The position numbers and the translations under genes were made by a program. From positions 22,646,628-22,710,627 of the forward strand of contig OZ037767.1 in assembly GCA_964035545.1 (NCBI GenBank): DNA of 64,000 nt, given 5' to 3'. Positions within the stretch are counted from its first letter, which is position 1. Each line of letters opens with the position of its first letter. This stretch comes from Bugula neritina (lineage: Eukaryota; Animalia; Bryozoa). The notes under the pieces were generated by a model that saw only the letters and a program-made list of their open reading frames with translations, did not search any database and was not told the DNA's origin. Below are positions 1 to 11,400 of the stretch, in pieces.

Positions 1-289
1 CTAATTGCTAAGAGTTTATTTACTGCGAATAACACACAGCATAAAATGAATAACACTACTAACACAAACTGTTACATAATAGAGAGCTAACAATACACAA
101 CTTTACACTAGCATTTCCAAGTCCTCTCTGCCGGCCACGCTGCCTAACGAGCTTCTACTACGTGTTTGCAGCTCCGCCTACTAGTTAATTGTCAGTCCTG
201 TTTCATTGGCCAATACGATCAGGTCATCCTGATGGCATGATGCTAGCTGCATCATGTAACTGCCCGGCGAGAAGCATCCTCTCGATACA
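1..289 (-). mobile_element. Possible LTR fragment cut by the window edge
   Basis: GC-richer island ending in ACA at 287-289 (TGT start on minus), with AATAAA on minus near 16-21. Layout resembles the LTRs at 40254 and 45266. No partner LTR or TSD visible. Confidence 0.3.
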
Positions 290-719
290 ACTAATGTACT
301 ACTAAAATCCACACAATAATATAATTAATAGACTATTAAAAACCCTTACAATATTACCATAAATTTAATGGTGCAAGTAAAATACTAATTTATTGTACGG
401 TATACTTTATTTCTAGTAAACTACAAGAAACATAAAATGCATAAGATACATTAATAGTGTGTATTTTATTTTCCGTACTGTGTAGTTACCTCTGAAAAGA
501 AAGCTACATACATATATGAACTATCTCGCAAAATATCAAGCAGCTGGAGAGCTGTTGAAATACTTCAACTCACTTAAAAATATTCATACTTCTAATTTCA
601 ATAGCACAAAAATTAATGCAGTGTCTTAAAAATTTCCCGCAGTAATGTGCAGATGCAAATAAGTTAAGCTGGAATAAAACAGTATTGTGAAATATGTTTA
701 AGTAGCGTTTTAAAACTGT

Positions 720-3700
720 TTACTGCACTGCACAGCGGTGACTTTTTGGCACTTTATCAGAGGACTTGAAGATATTTCGAAGAGCAAGTCGTTTGTTCAT
801 GGTGCTTCTAAATTCTGGAGTTTGTTTAACTTCACTTCCTTTAATCATTTCTGTTGTTTTTAGGAACACTCCATATATATCATCATTCTGTTCAGAATTC
901 TGTAAATTTTCAGCTAGTTTTGGTATAAATACCCCTCTGTAAGCGAAATGACCATTGATAGTAGCAGATAGCACAGCAAAATCTGGGCCAGGCAAATCAA
1001 AATGAGCAACTGCCCTATCTAATAACGGTTGCGGTGGCCTGGGATCTACAATAAAAACACTAGCATTACATATTATAAAGCTTGAATAAACAAAACATTT
1101 GAGTTTGTCACAAAATAGCATGACATTTAACCAAATAATTGTAAAACATAACTTGTAGTGCACAACTTAGTCTTAAAAGGATAATTTTGAGTATATGAAA
1201 TCATTTGAAATTTCTAAAGTATACTGTGCATGGTGAAATAAAAGCTATGTAGACATTTAAAGATAATTATTATATTATGCTCTTGTTGTGATAAACTATT
1301 AAAATAAAGAGTCATATTACAATACCATGTGAATTTTTTAAAGGTATTATTTAATTAAAGCAAACTTTAATTATATGAGATCATTTAAAAAGGATCATTT
1401 ACAAAGTAATATAAAATTGTACATAAGTAAAATTTCTACTAATAATGTAACTTAAAAAAACTAAATATCAAATAGAATATGTGTATTTGAAATTACTATA
1501 CTTACCAGCAGATGAGTGTGCAAGAAGTTGCCTTTCGTGCATTTGACATGCTTGAACAATTAGTATCTATAAAAAACAAGGTACCCTGTTATTGAATAGC
1601 CTATATAATATTTATTATACATAAAGTCAGGATCCTCGAAGCCCCTGTGGTGTAGCAGCTAGCACGCCCGTTAGCAAAAAAAGCCTGTGGTTCAAATCCC
1701 AATTGGGGCAAAGGTTTTACAGGCTATGTCAACCTTGTGTTGCGAAAGTACTCTTAGGGAGTTAAGTGGCGAGTGGAGCCTATAAACCGACAGAGTACAA
1801 GGGGGCCAGTGCAGTTCTAGAGAGACCTGGGTGGGATGTTGTTAGGAATTCCAAAGCTCCTGTGGTGCAATGTTTAGCACTTCTGCTCGCAAGCCAGAGG
1901 TCTGTGGTTTGAATCCCATTGGGGGCAAAAGTTTTACACATGAGTTATTTACAGAGAGCTCTGATCAAATCTTTTGTAAGGCTACATGTTGGTGTTTCAA
2001 AAATAATATACTTTTGTCAGCATGTATTTCGTTTTTGACAACTTTGTACTTTGATAAAGGTACCCACCCACCTTTGGTTTATCATCTAGCTTTGGATTCT
2101 TCATTTGCAAAAGGATATCATTTATAGATAACCTCATATCATCTTTTGCCAAAACGCATCCTTTGTCTCCATGGCCCATAAAAGCAAGAACGAAACCCGA
2201 AATATCATCTGGTCTTATGGCTTCTAATATTTCTTCAAATATTTGATCTCGTGTCAGATCTCGATGGATCCTTGGTCTTATTTGAAATTGATCGTTCATG
2301 GTTTTCTGAAAGGCTTCCTTCTCACTTTCGGCACCCTCGCGGTCTTCTGTGATGTATATGATTGATACGATTGGTGCTGTTGGAAAGTAGTAGTAACCTT
2401 TTTGATTCTTGGCCCAACTCAATAGGTCTTGGATCTTTTCAGATGACCAAGCAAGCTGATGTGGGGTTTTTTTGTATTTGTTCTTTAGCTCAATAGATCT
2501 GCTGCGAACTTCCTCATCGGATACACTGAGAATAGCTTTGACAAGGTCGTAATGGTTGAGTCTAGCAGCAATGTGGAGAATTGTGTCACCATTGTCATCT
2601 TGATCGAAAAGTTCGTTTTGATCATAATTTTCTGGAACATAAACCAATATAAAGATATGCAATTTAAGCAGATTTATCTAATCTGTAACACACATAACCA
2701 CCAAATATTGTGATAAAACTAAATATCTAAATTATAAGAATACGACAAACTCCCACAGAAACAGCCACTGAAATCTAGCGAAGTTACTGATGAATGTACA
2801 TTTAGTAAGTACCTTGACTAACTTGTGCTGCCAATTCATTCAACAAATCAAGGTACGCAGTATGATTTGAATGAATTTCCACAAGGTAGGCTAGCAGAGA
2901 AATTCTTTCACTAAGTGTATTACTGCCTTGTTTTAGATGATGAATGGCAAGCACCTCTACGCTTTTGCCTTTCTTGTCTGGTACTCCAAACAGCTCTAAT
3001 TTTTCTTTTTTTTCTAAGCCTTCCAGCATGGCATTAAATATAATCGTTCCATTGCTGCCGATTGGAGCTTGGATAACCGTGCAATGATCAGAGTCTTTGG
3101 AAGACAACAATCGCATTCGCTGGTCGCTGGACAAATCTTGAAGCAATTGAATAACAGAGCTCCATTCTAATGCTTGATCTGTGAGAGATTTTAAGCTGTG
3201 CAGTGGACTGTTACCTTTCCCATCTTTGATTTGGCAGACTTTAAATCTTTGCTCGATGTCAACACATTGTAATAACATTCCGCTCATTTCTACATCATGG
3301 CTATAGAATGCCTCATGCAACATGGTTTTCTTGTTGATATTGTTGGGCACTGTTAAAAGTTGGTTCTTGTGGTCTTGAGACAGCTTAGTGAGAATATGTC
3401 TGACAATGATCAAATTACCACTTTTAACATCACTCTGGCTTGGTGTGCTGCCATATGTATAACTCAAAGTTGATAACAGCTTTAGTAAAACTAGAGAAGA
3501 TCCTGCAGCATCCAACATGATGTTGAGTGATTGTGTATACCCCTTTTTGGCAGCCATGTGTAAAGGACTCTCTCTGTTCAGTTCATCTGGAGAAAGAAAT
3601 AGATCCATTAAATTGCATCTGTATTTTTCTCCTAGGACATTATTTACTTGTTGGAAAACATCAAATGCATTGATTGAAGCGGCAACATGAAATGCAGTGT

Positions 3701-5291
3701 ATCCGTGATGATTCTTTTTGAGTAACAACTTGGTAATATCTGTCCACAGTAGTTCTCTAGCAACAAAGGTCTGAAGGATGGAACTCATAGTGGAACTATG
3801 ACCATTTTTGACTATAATGTGCATCACAGTTTGGTGGCTGCTTTTCAAACAAATAATTCTTTGCATACTTGAAGCATCAACACTGTTTAAGAGATGCTTT
3901 ACACAGTCAATTTTAGCTTCATCTTCAACAGCCAGCTGGAGAACTGATTTGCTATTCTTGTCCAATTTGTTTATAGTTGACACCAGTTTATCTGGCTGAA
4001 TGGCTTTCAGTAATATGGCTAACGTAGCTGGATTGTTATTCTCTGTCGCTACGTGGAGAGCATTCTTCTGACTTGTGTTTGGTTGTAAAATCAGATTTGA
4101 TGGGTTTTCTGCTAATTGTAAAAGAAGGGAAACAAGCTCAGGATTTCCATTCGCAGCTGCTTTATGAACGATTGTCTCATCTGATGCAAGCTTTTCTGAT
4201 ACTAACAAATTCTTCTCTGATTCTTCTAAATTTCTGTTTAAAACTGTTAAAACTTCAAGCCACTGGAACTCTACGATCTTCTCTAAAAGAGTGCCATTAT
4301 CGTGGGCAGCCTGATTATTTATCCACAAAACCCTTTGAGATGAGTCAACCGTTTTAATGAAGGAACAAATTGTAGTTGGACAAACAACATCATTTTTATC
4401 TCTGCACAACTCATCAAATGATGCAGTAAAGTTCCTAGTTACTTTCTCAGCAAGCTGATTTGTTTTAAGGTGGCTGCTAGAGAGTATTGCTTCTACACAC
4501 TTGACTTGGTGTTCAGAAATAGCCAGTTCCAGCGCAGTCAGCTGATCAATATTTTTTAGCATCATTACCTCCAGCCATGTTGAATCTTCTAGCTTGTCTA
4601 GCATTGCAAGAATTTGTGCTATGATATCAGCTTGTCCATTTCTGGAACAAAGATGCAAGACATTTTCGCTACGACTTATTGATCTTTTTTCAACCCAATG
4701 TAAATTTTCCTGAGCTGTCAAAGTTGAAAGTTGGGGAAGGACTTTGCTTGTGATTAGTGAATTATATTGTACCTGGTTCACCATTTTGTGAATTGCAGAC
4801 TCCCCTGTATTATCCAGCGAATTGAGTAGAAGAAGAAGATCTGGTGGTTTGAGGTGTTTTAGCATGCACCAAACCACTGTATCTGAACAGCTTTCATCTA
4901 GACATTTGTTAATGACAGTTTGCCTGTGTTTAGAATGATCATTAGTGATAAGCAGCAATTTAAGTTTTTTACTATACTCCAGCCCTTCTAGCAAACAATT
5001 CACTGTTTCAATGCCACCATCATTGGCAGCTAAATGAAGAACTGTATTTCCAACAGCATCGACGGCTTCTAAACATGGCAACAACTTGTACGTTTTCAAA
5101 AAGTCAACAATAACAATTATGTGCTGGGAAAGGTTGTGGGAAGCTAACCAATGTATTAAATTTCTTCCTCCTTCTTCAGTTCGGTCTATCACAAGCCTTG
5201 GATTGGCTGATTCATTCAATAACTTTCTTAATTCCTCAGGTTTCTGAGAGCCAATGGTCTGGTGGCTTGACAAGTGTGTAAGGCAGGACAT
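720..5291 (-). CDS. Ankyrin-repeat caspase (~1141 aa): ~20 ANK repeats + caspase p20/p10 domain
   Basis: Coding exons 5291-2813, 2631-2072, 1566-1506, 1045-720; GT-AG introns in phases 1,0,1; total 3426 nt. ANK motifs GNTVLHLAA, GYTAFHVAA, RESPLHMAA, GDTILHIAA. Caspase motifs DREGAESE, FMGHG, KPK|ILIVQAC, DFAVLSATINGHFAYR, KQTPEFRSTMNKRL. Confidence 0.9.
1641..1940 (+). mobile_element. Two tandem tRNA-derived SINE heads in a caspase intron
   Basis: Related segments starting at 1641 and 1856, each with an A-box-like TGGTG(T/C)A and a B-box-like GGTT(C/T)(A/G)AATCC, followed by ggggcaaa(a/g)gttttaca. No intact cloverleaf evident. Confidence 0.55.
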
Positions 5292-6129
5292 TATAAGCTA
5301 AAATTATTAAAATAAAAACAATACAAACAGCAATTTATCAAGGTTATTATGGTAAGCTTGTTCGAGTATATTAATATATAATTATAAATCATCTATTGGT
5401 TACACATGTTGACTATTAATTCATATACAATTTAGGCAATATGTACATAGTGATATAATATTCTGCTGAACACAAATGTGATCATCACTGTGAAATACAT
5501 ATTTTTCAAATAAATAATTTACCATAGATTTGAAAATGATAATAGCTGTAAAATTGGCATAGCAGTGTAACCACTACACCAATTGCTGTTCTGGCATAGC
5601 TTACTATGTATACATTATAATGAATCACCACAAGTGTAAATAAGCTTTTACCATTACAACATTTCAGTGAGAGAACCTACTGCAGGCAATGCATTCAACA
5701 TGTAGATCACTTCGGTTGCACAATGCTTATATAATAATATGGTTTCACAGGGCAGCTCTTTGAAAACTGCTCTTTAAACCCTTTCAACCTTGTGACTAAG
5801 TGTGACAAGTGTTACACTAACTTTTGAAATACTTCTGTCTTATAAATATTATATGTAGTGTTGCTGTAAGTTTCTTAGTTGTATTGAACTAATAAATAAT
5901 TAGCATCAATTAAAGGATATAAAATGTGTGGCACTGGCTGGTATTACTAAGAAATGAAATTGTTGCATAGTAGACTACGAGTAACAGCTGTCACCTTCCA
6001 TCCTGTATTATAGTGCTATAGATGTATTCAAGTATTGTTTTATATTTGACATTTTGTATGCTATACCACTACAATATAATATACTACAGATATAGCATCC
6101 TACTTCCCTGCAACCTTAGTTAGGGCTTA

Positions 6130-6473
6130 GCCTAGAGCCACACGGTGCGCATTTTCGCATGCGAAAATTGAAATCACAAGTAGCAAAGGTGTCCACTGTA
6201 ACGTCAGTGATGCGTGATAAATAAAGCTTTCATTTTTAAATCGCACTCGCTTTCAATAAAACGCAATTTACTGGAATGTAGCACTAAAATAAAGAAATTG
6301 GGCTCGCTGAATAACTACCAGCCAATTAGGTGACGACGACAGAGACGATTCGCACTTGCGTTGAAAATGCTGATCGACAAGTGCGAATGTTTTCTCAACG
6401 CGCACAGTAGACAACTTTGCTACTTGTGATTTCAATTTTCGCATGCAAAAATACGCACCGTGTGGCCCTAGGC
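6130..6473. mobile_element. PIF/Harbinger-type MITE, family A copy 1
   Basis: ~70-bp TIRs (GCCTAG(G/A)GCCACACGGTGCG...), TTA on both sides, near-identical to three other copies in the window. Confidence 0.9.
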
Positions 6474-6606
6474 TTACTGGAGATGGTACATCATTAGCCC
6501 TAAAAGTATACTTCTACATATGATGTTTCGCAACAGGACTTCTAGCCTAAGGATTATAGCACTTCGCTCTTTAGCTATAAGATACTTATCACTTTCGTAC
6601 CCTTAC

Positions 6607-6738
6607 CTTTTATGTTGAGTGACGGAGCTCTGCGGCTACAAGAAGTAAGCAGTGAGAGAACCTTCTGTCTAAACGTGGCAGCTTTGGTACAGGATTCCAG
6701 ATCCCTTGTACACTAGAGTCCTTCGTAAGCAGACGTGA
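6607..6738 (-). other. Putative 5' UTR exon of the ankyrin-caspase gene
   Basis: Acceptor ttcttctcttcag and donor AAAG|gtaagg on minus. A further donor CTAG|gtgagt lies near 7350, and an acceptor ttttag lies 6 nt before the ATG at 5291. Confidence 0.4.
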
Positions 6739-8476
6739 CTGAAGAGAAGAATAATACCGGTAAGTGCGATACCAACTATCAACGCGTTATAGTTATACAC
6801 ATGTAGAATATTCTAATTGTATGCATACCCTGTGTTATATTAGGTACTTAGTAGTTGAAAACCCCCAGTACTCAATATAACAATAGGACTGTAGCCTACA
6901 CAAGATATGCAAAGTCAGCAAAAGTATGACTAAAAGACAACTCGGAGATACAGCCGCAAAGTAAAAGGGTCATGAAAGAACACGAAAATGAAGTGCCAAA
7001 GAGGCACCATTACCAAGTTATCTAACACCATTATTCTACAGCTTAAGCCCTAAGTAGTAGAAAAAACTTTTACATCAGTAGCATTTGCATTAAATCCTGT
7101 AGTTTTACTTCAACAAGTCATAACTTTATTGTGCCGAGACAGTGCGCAAGTGGATAAGTAAGACTCGAAACTGTGGGTTTATAGCATAGGCTGAGGCACA
7201 GCTAGCTAAAACATAACACCACTTTCTGTGAACAATATGTGAAAGAAATTCGATTTAGGTTAATGTGTAGAATAGTATTCTTGAATTTGTAGTCAACCCA
7301 CGAGTCCCAACTCAATTGAATGTTAGAAATGAGGTACTAATTAACTCACCTAGCCAGACTCTAGTTGCATGCAATGACCCAGTTGTATAATAGTAAACTA
7401 TCGACAACAACTTCCTTGTTGATTGTATAATAGGGACTCTTAGCTAGTTCGTTGTTAAAAACAACACGTCATAGGTCGGGTCAATCTACTAGTGATGTTA
7501 GACACAGCTCAAAACCTTAGCTTCCTCATGCCTTTACATTTCTACAATGTGTGGGCTGTTGTATGATCAACCGCAATTTGATTTGTTTACCCTAAAAGCA
7601 CAACTTTGTGATGGCACAATAGGCTATAGCAACCGTTGCATAGCATTGTGTTGAGAACAATTATTGATAAAAAAAGGCATATTATGTTGCTGATAATGCA
7701 AAAGCTCAAACTGATAGACCATTTGGTGCTCAGTAATAAGTTGGTAGACCTCCAAGTACTGCTGCCATAGTAGTTAATAGATTGTAGTTATTTTAGGCAT
7801 TCCTGCTAACCATTATGATCAAACCATAATCAAAGTTATAGTTCACCACTAAGGAGCTATGATGACTCTATGTTTGCATATAATTTATACACAAATAGCA
7901 TTTCAACAAATTGTTTCTTGTGCAAGTATGATTAAACTTCAACCATGACAAATAAAAATACAACAGATGAATACTCAACCAATTTTATTTGCATGTCTTG
8001 CCTGTTGAAGGTATTATTCACTGCATTCTAGACTCTAGATATTCTATTTGCCAACTTGTCATCTGAAAACTGTACAAATTGTATAATTTCCAGTAAAATT
8101 ATGCTTTGGTAAATCATCTCCAACATTAACTAATTAGCTTACAACAGTAGTTTACTTTAAAATAGTAGAGAAAACAAATTATTTGAAAAGAATTATTATT
8201 CACCAAAAAGGTTTTTAGCACTGCACACTATTCTCCATCACAGTATCATACATGTGTATAATATCGATACATTTTTGGACATTTCTTTAATTTTTTTATA
8301 CAACAAAATAAGATAGTAACATCATGCATGATAAATATCCATTACGCATAAAACTAGTAAAGCATTAGTTACACATCTTGCACACAGAAACAGCTAATGA
8401 TGTACACCACCCTCTCCCCTCTTCCAAAGGCAATAATAATAGAGTAGACGCTATCTTTTTGATACATGCAGGCCAA

Positions 8477-11400
8477 TCACAGCTCTTCTTTGGTGTTTGG
8501 AATAACTTTGAGCAATATTTTACCAACATTCAAGTTGGATTCCATAAGAGCATGGGCCTTGCCAATGTCCTCCAATTCAAAAGACCTGTCTATAACAGGT
8601 TTTAGTGCCTTCGAGTCAAAAGCAGGTAAAATGTTCGTCTCAAATGACTGGACCAGGTTAGCTTTGTACTGAAAACAAAACAGAGTTCATGTGAAACCAG
8701 CATTAATCTAGTGAAATATTCTCACAGTCTCAACACGCAGTATAGCTCGTGAAATAATATGACGGACTGGGGAAAGATGTAGCTTAGTTGAGAATTAAAT
8801 GGTAATTTGAAAACACATTACGCATATAAATGGTATATAATGTATATGTGTTATAATGTCACATAGAGTTCACATCTTATTAGCTATAATTAGTAGATAT
8901 ATGACTTCTATGTAAATCATGCATTTCCTTATTATTGTCATAGTCAGCATCTATATATAATGCTTGTCTAGGTATTGCTAAACAGTTAGTTAGTTGCTAG
9001 ATTCCAAAGTGTTATTATCATTTTATATTCATAGTAGTTGTACCAAATAAATCAACATGTAATACATTACAAGTCAGCACCATTCTGTCACACACCATCA
9101 CGCATACCATTATAACAATATGGCAACATTATATTATCAAGTAGTTTGAAGCCTTGTTGTCTAACAAGGAATACTTATTATCATTGCTGCTACAAAAATT
9201 TCAATCACAATTCTAGTTCTTCAACTCCAAATGTAATACAACTCAGTAAAGAACAATCCCAGAGTAATTGTCGAATTAATGTCCCTAAGGAGCAATCCGG
9301 TCAGGTGGTTAGAAATCTGGCCGAATATAGCAGATACATGCTGGTCATAGGTTTAAACCCCGGCATAACTATTGCTGAGCATCCCATCATATTTGCTATA
9401 ATACAACATATATGAAAATATGCTGCTTTTACCCTTTGTCAACGTAAAAACCCTCACCACCAGAAGTTCTCACAGAGGCGGCAATTTTCAGCTAACAAGA
9501 TTTTCCATCATAGTAAGTTTTGAGTATAATAAAGGCTGCAGCTCTACCACCATATCAGTTATTAGACTTGAGAGCATTGTATATGGTGCTCAGTAATAAA
9601 TGATAACTCGTAGGCAGTAACTGTACAGGGGAGGAGGGGGCTGTCAAAACCTCCAGGAAATGTATACGTATGAAATAGATGTATTACCTGCTTGTCCCGA
9701 GTCTTTAGTGTTGAAGGTAATATTGAAATTCTCTTGCTCAACAGTTTCCTCAATAGAGCTCCATCAACGTTAGCTCCACCTACAGGAAATGTGATGCATG
9801 CATATGGTGATAGTTGTATAAAGAAGTATAATGCATGCATATAATAGTTACATTACCACACCTACTTTGTGTGTGTGGGTGCGGTTGCATCTGATTACTA
9901 TAATTAAAAATAAACAAGAAACACTTTCTATTTGCTACTTCATTTATACAAACAAAGTTAACTGATATTCCAGATACCACTGTATCCACCTTTAGTCATT
10001 TGAACTCTGAAATATTAGTTTATTTTATTTATATAAACACAGCATTGTGTCTATTAGAAAGCCAAACATGATAATAGAAAAAAAAATGAAAATAACATAA
10101 TATAATAAAACATAGGAAGGCATACCCATAAGTCCGTAGAGCACCCACCGACCGTCTGTCTTCAGAACGTCTGTATTCTGCTGCCAATAACTTCCTCCCA
10201 CGCAGTCAATGACAAGGTCAACCCCCTCACCTATTGGTATAACTTGTATATATACCACTGTACTATACACCACTGTACTATACACCACTGTACTATACAC
10301 CACTGTACTATACACCACTGTACTATACACCCCTGTACTATAAACCACTGTACTATACACCCCTGTACTATACACCACTGTACTATACACCACTGTACTA
10401 TACACCACTGTACTATACACCACTGTACTATACACCACTGTACTATACACCACTGTACTATACACTGCATACTGTACTATACACTGCATACTGTACTCTA
10501 CACTGCATACTGTACTCTACACTAAACCACTGTACTCTACACTACATACTGTACTCTACACTGCATACTGTACTCTACACTAAACCACTGTACTCTACAC
10601 TACATACTGTATTCTATGATACTGTACTCTGCACTTTCAGTCGCAACTCTTTAACGAATCCCCAAAAAAGCTTCTTTTTGCATTGTAAAAAATATTATAA
10701 TAATGGAGTTATGCTACAAAATCAGTTGAACAGCCAGCATTTTGCTAAAAGTAGACAACTCTAAGAATTCAGTTAAGATGCACTTCAACTATCAGCTGCA
10801 CATAATTTAAGCGGCTGCTTCTCCATTTATTGCTGGAATGAGTAACAAAGTATATAAAACATTAAAACAAAGTCTCAGAGCATAACTTAATCAACAAGGT
10901 TTTTACAGCCTACCATTTCCAAGCAATACATAAACAGAGTACACAACTCCAAAGAGAAACTAAGCAAATACATAACATGCCAAGGTCTTACCATCTGTAG
11001 CCTCCATAACTTTGCTAACCCAACTGCCTTCCTTATAATTGAACCCATCTACTGCACCCAGTGACTTCACAAATGCTATCTTATCTGCTGACCCAGCAGT
11101 TATAAAAGGGACAGCATTAGCCAGCTGTACTAGCTGTACTGCAGCAGTACCTACTCCACTGGCTCCAGCATGTATCAATACTCTTTCACCGGCTTTTAGC
11201 TTCCCTAATAAATATATTCGCGTAAACAGTACTGTATAATACTAAAAGAATTCTTGGAGCACTTGGATAGCAAAAACAGTTGGGGGGAAAACATTGTATT
11301 TCAACTAGTACCACGCAGTATAGTATATAACAGGGAAAGTTTTGATATAAGCAATATACATTTTCAAAATAAAATTACTTTTAAGCTTGTGAGTTCAGAA

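Noticed and set aside
1641-1930. Functional tRNA genes
   Set aside because: A/B boxes are present but stems are degenerate and continue into shared SINE-like body sequence.
5291-8477. Functional apoptosis cluster of the caspase with p53-induced PIG3
   Set aside because: Adjacency only; no shared regulatory evidence is visible, and p53 control of PIG3 is known from primates.
10025-10525. Repetitive ORFs (YSTVV)n, (CIVQW)n, (HCTIH)n
   Set aside because: Translations of a 15-bp intronic minisatellite; only 10230-10126 is a real exon.
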